Assembly (NCBI RefSeq): GCF_964204865.1
Contig: NC_135263.1
Location: forward strand, 11,656,001 to 11,720,000
Length of the DNA stretch: 64,000 bases
Direction: 5' to 3'
DNA from: Styela clava
Lineage: Eukaryota
A program made the translations under genes and the position numbers. Numbering within the stretch: position 1 is the stretch's first letter; every line of letters begins with the position of its first letter. Below are positions 60,363 through 64,000 of this stretch, piece after piece. The notes beneath the pieces were generated by a model. It made no database searches. It worked only from the letters and a program-made list of their open reading frames with translations, and was not told the origin of the DNA.

Positions 60363-63300
60363 ATGACAACAACGATGGTAGAATTTAATTTGAAATCAAA
60401 TGAAAATAATGTAAGTCTTGTTTCGAATCAAGAGAAAAAAGAACATTCTGAGACAAACAAATCGGATCTATCTCCTTGCAGAATAACAATGCTGTCACGA
60501 AGAAAGAAAAGGGGCAAGTGTTAGTTATAACTTCGTTGTTTAATAAAAAAATCTATATTTTATCAAGATTTAAAATGAATATCTTGATATTATTTGAGAG
60601 ATGTAAAAATTTCTGGCTTTATTCTGAAATTTGCCATTTTAATCCCAAAATTGTAATACATGTTACCTCATGGATTGAACTGTGACACATTTGTGATTTC
60701 GTTAATTCAATATCCAACTGAACTATGTCTACAATACATTTTGCCAACACTACTGGACAAGTGTAGTGAACTTATAAAAACACTTTCATATCAATTTCAC
60801 ACAGTAATATATCACAATTTTGTCAATAAAATAAAAATTTTAATTTTTTTCCAGCTATCGATCGTCATGGCGTATTTGCCTACTTTTATTGTTTACGCAC
60901 GTTTTTCTAAGACAATATTTAGATTAATTCATTGCAGGAGGATTTATATGATATATTAAAACATGGAGAGCCCTTTAGCACTCGTTAGGTGATCATTTCC
61001 TATAACATTTATATCTAAGCATATATTTATTTTGCAGGGCGGATACCTCATCTGTTTGAACGTAGCTCCAAAAAATGGTGGAATCCGCAAATGGATTCAG
61101 AAATTCTTGAAAAACAATGTTTGGATTTCAGTCTCGAGCAAAGCATGTAAGAAAAACTTTTTATGGTTTACACAAAAGTTGGAGTCTTGCACCAATTGTC
61201 ATTTACTGACCCCATCGTTTCTATATGGTTCGATTTTAGCATTTCCAAGGTTTGATTAGTAAAGAGCTGTGTGATCGCATGACCTTGATATAAGCGAAAA
61301 TAAATATGTCCATTATCATCTCTCAATAAATAGAAATGAGATATTAAAGGTATTTTCGAATGTCATAAAAGAAAAATCGAACTGTTTAATGATCACATAC
61401 CTACAAAACTATATATCTATAAAAACTGTTATTAAGTAGCGCAATGCTAAATAACTTACAAGATTTTATTTGAATTTGAATGATTTTATATCTATACTCT
61501 AAATCCTTTATAAAATTTACAATATAACAGAGTAACCATGATTTATTGGTAGAATGGATTTTCTGTGAGCACAAAAACTCTTAAAAGTACAGTCAGCAAA
61601 TATTGACTTGAGTAATTTTGTTCTAAAGAAAATGGGGCAATATAATGATGGATCATGACAGTTAACATAAAACTAATGAAGCTATAAATCAAAATATTTT
61701 GTTGGCTTATTTCCAAACTTTTATGCTTTGAGTTTCGATGATGTGTGCAAGTTCTGAATTATCTAGGATAAGAATCTATCTTTTCAATACAACAATTCAA
61801 TATTGCTTTCCATTCTTGTAATAAAATGTACTTTGCTGTTCTTACCCTTTTACTATTCCTCATTTCAGATGGTATTTTCAACTTGCACTTGTCTTTATAA
61901 TGGTCGCATGCATAGTTTGGATAATATACTTCGGATCGAGGCAGCAGCCAGACGAATGGATTGCAGGCGTATCATGGGCGTCGGTCTTGACTATTATCTG
62001 TATTTTGTTATTTGTGGTCACTAAAAAGTAGGTTGTTATTATAGTCATTATTATTTCGTAATTTTTATATTACTATTAAGTTTATATTTGAGATATGTGT
62101 AATAGAAAATGATATTTTGTTGCTATATGTTATATTTTTATCAACATACCATACTTGTAGTTGTTTTTGTCGAGTTGTGATTTTAGATTTGTTTTAAAAT
62201 AATTTGAAACATATTTATTTTGTAATGAAACCAGATTATAGATATCTTTTAGATATCTGAATAGGCTAAGTACTCAACTAAATATGTTTGAATGCAATTC
62301 AAAATTACCGTAATAATTTTCTCAAGTCATTTTGAAAGAATTTTGAGAATTTAAATTATTTGTATTATATTTATGATTCAAATGTCATATATGTATTGAA
62401 AAAGCTCGAAATTCAATTGAATTACAGAAAATAGCCCAAAAAGATCTTAATTAACATTTATCAGAATTTCACTTTTCATTTCAGAACCAAATTTTATAAG
62501 AAGTTCAGCTGCTATATAGCAATCGGAGTTGCTGTTATTTTAATTTTGACAGTACTGCTGGCTGCATTCTTCAGCTCAGTCATAATGACAAGTGTAGGCT
62601 CATTTTTTCTTGCTTCCGAAGTCATCCTACTTCTATACACAGTCATGCCTCTGCCGCTTCACATCAATTTTGCACTCGGACTAGCATTTTCATTTGCATA
62701 CGAGGTAAGATGTTTTTGTTTTGTCACATTGGTGTTTAATAAGTTCTAAATTTCAAAATAAAAGGCTGTTTTGGAATTGAGAAATTGTCAAATTTGTTAA
62801 ATTTTTTTCACTTGAATTCATGAATATATCTGACTTTGAGAATCAGTAGTAACATACACCTAAAATATAACCTCTCCAAATATATTTGGCTTTGTTTGAA
62901 ATGCATTCTTTTGATAAATTAGGTTTAGTACAACATCACAATGGTGACCTAGTTATAGTTTTCACTCAAGAGAAATCACAGAATTTATTTTGATAACAAT
63001 AAAAAATGTTGAAATCAACATTTTCTCTCCATCTGATTGAAATTACTTGTAAAATTTGAAATCTTCATATTATAATGATGTATTAAGCCAATAGAACAAA
63101 GTAAAATTCCTCTCATAGCATGGTTTTTCTGTGGGATAAAATAACAAACTCAATATGAATATTACAATCTCTAATTCTCACTTGGACATACCTATGGCGT
63201 CTTAAATTATCAAATTCCATTTTTTTAAATTTTACTAATTAGTAAATATCTTCCAGATTATTTACCGAATTGGGTTATGGGAAGCAACACCAGGAGACAT

Positions 63301-63394
63301 CATTGCACACATATTTCTACATCTCTGTATACATGTTATCGGAGTTCAAATCTGCCTCAATTTGCAAGTAAGAAGAAGGAGTACATTTTGGAAG
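60363..63394 (+). CDS. ADCY9: Adenylate cyclase type 9-like, first five coding exons (gene continues beyond window)
   Basis: Exons 60363-60513, 61038-61146 (IPHLFERSSKKWWNPQMDS), 61869-62027, 62485-62704 (VGSFFLASEVILLLYTVMPLPL), 63257-63394 (LHLCIHVIGV..QVRRRSTFWK) match the ADCY9 N-terminus and first TM cluster; start codon choice uncertain. Confidence 0.88.
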
Positions 63395-64000
63395 GTATGA
63401 ATATTGAATATCTATTCAGTAGTAATAGTAATAAAGGCTTCAAAAACTTTTAATGTTCTTTTCTTATGTATTACCACAAAAAGTGTTGCAATAATAAAGT
63501 AGGCCTATATATAAAAATGCATTGCCTTTATTAATGAGAATATACCATATTCATTTGTCAATTGTCATTGAGGGGAAAAATATTAATTTTATTAATTGTT
63601 AAAAAAAAGTACTTAATACATACATAATTTGAAGTCCAAGTTTTTATGTAGCATTATTTTTGGAAGGATATGCATAGTAGAAGGAAGTTTGGTACCTCGT
63701 TGTTTACAATCAATATATTTAATTAATAATGAAGTTAGGCTTTCCTATCAAAATTAGTATTGTGGTGGTGTTCATTAATTATCTGTATTTCCATTGAAGT
63801 CAACCTTTCATTGAAAGTGTCACTTGAAATTATTTTTTTAAATAATTAAATACATTGGAATTTCACACACATATTGATTGACCTTTTGAGTGTTATCACG
63901 CAACCGAGGCTGAATTGAAATTTATCTCGACTAAATATCATGGTTTGTCGCCCATTGTTTGATTTAGCCCACATCATTTTACGTCAGTATATTCAAACTT

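Overview
AT-rich animal genomic DNA; an ascidian (tunicate) is the best fit, inferred from lectin style, short introns and patchy CpG, not proven. Genes: intronless ATG7 and CDK5RAP1 (both minus), a multi-exon atypical class A GPCR, a transmembrane coiled-coil C-type lectin, two tandem SLC22-family paralogs (one intact, one frameshifted), intronless ERCC3/XPB, and the first five coding exons of ADCY9. Mobile DNA: a 6.8-kb intron-containing P-element (THAP9-like) interrupted by a Tip100-like hAT that itself carries a tRNA-derived SINE; many hAT MITEs with 8-bp TSDs, including a nested stack; Helentron-like (HINE) repeats; a Gypsy remnant with PPT and 3' LTR; and a hammerhead-like core. Most notable: (1) three intronless housekeeping genes in same-strand pairs, with splice acceptors just upstream of the ATG7, CDK5RAP1 and ADCY9 start codons (possible trans-spliced operons); (2) an exact intron presence/absence difference between the SLC22 paralogs; (3) a GPCR lacking both DRY and NPxxY; (4) P-element ends conserved subterminally rather than terminally. 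All exon structures were hand-derived and no database search was run.
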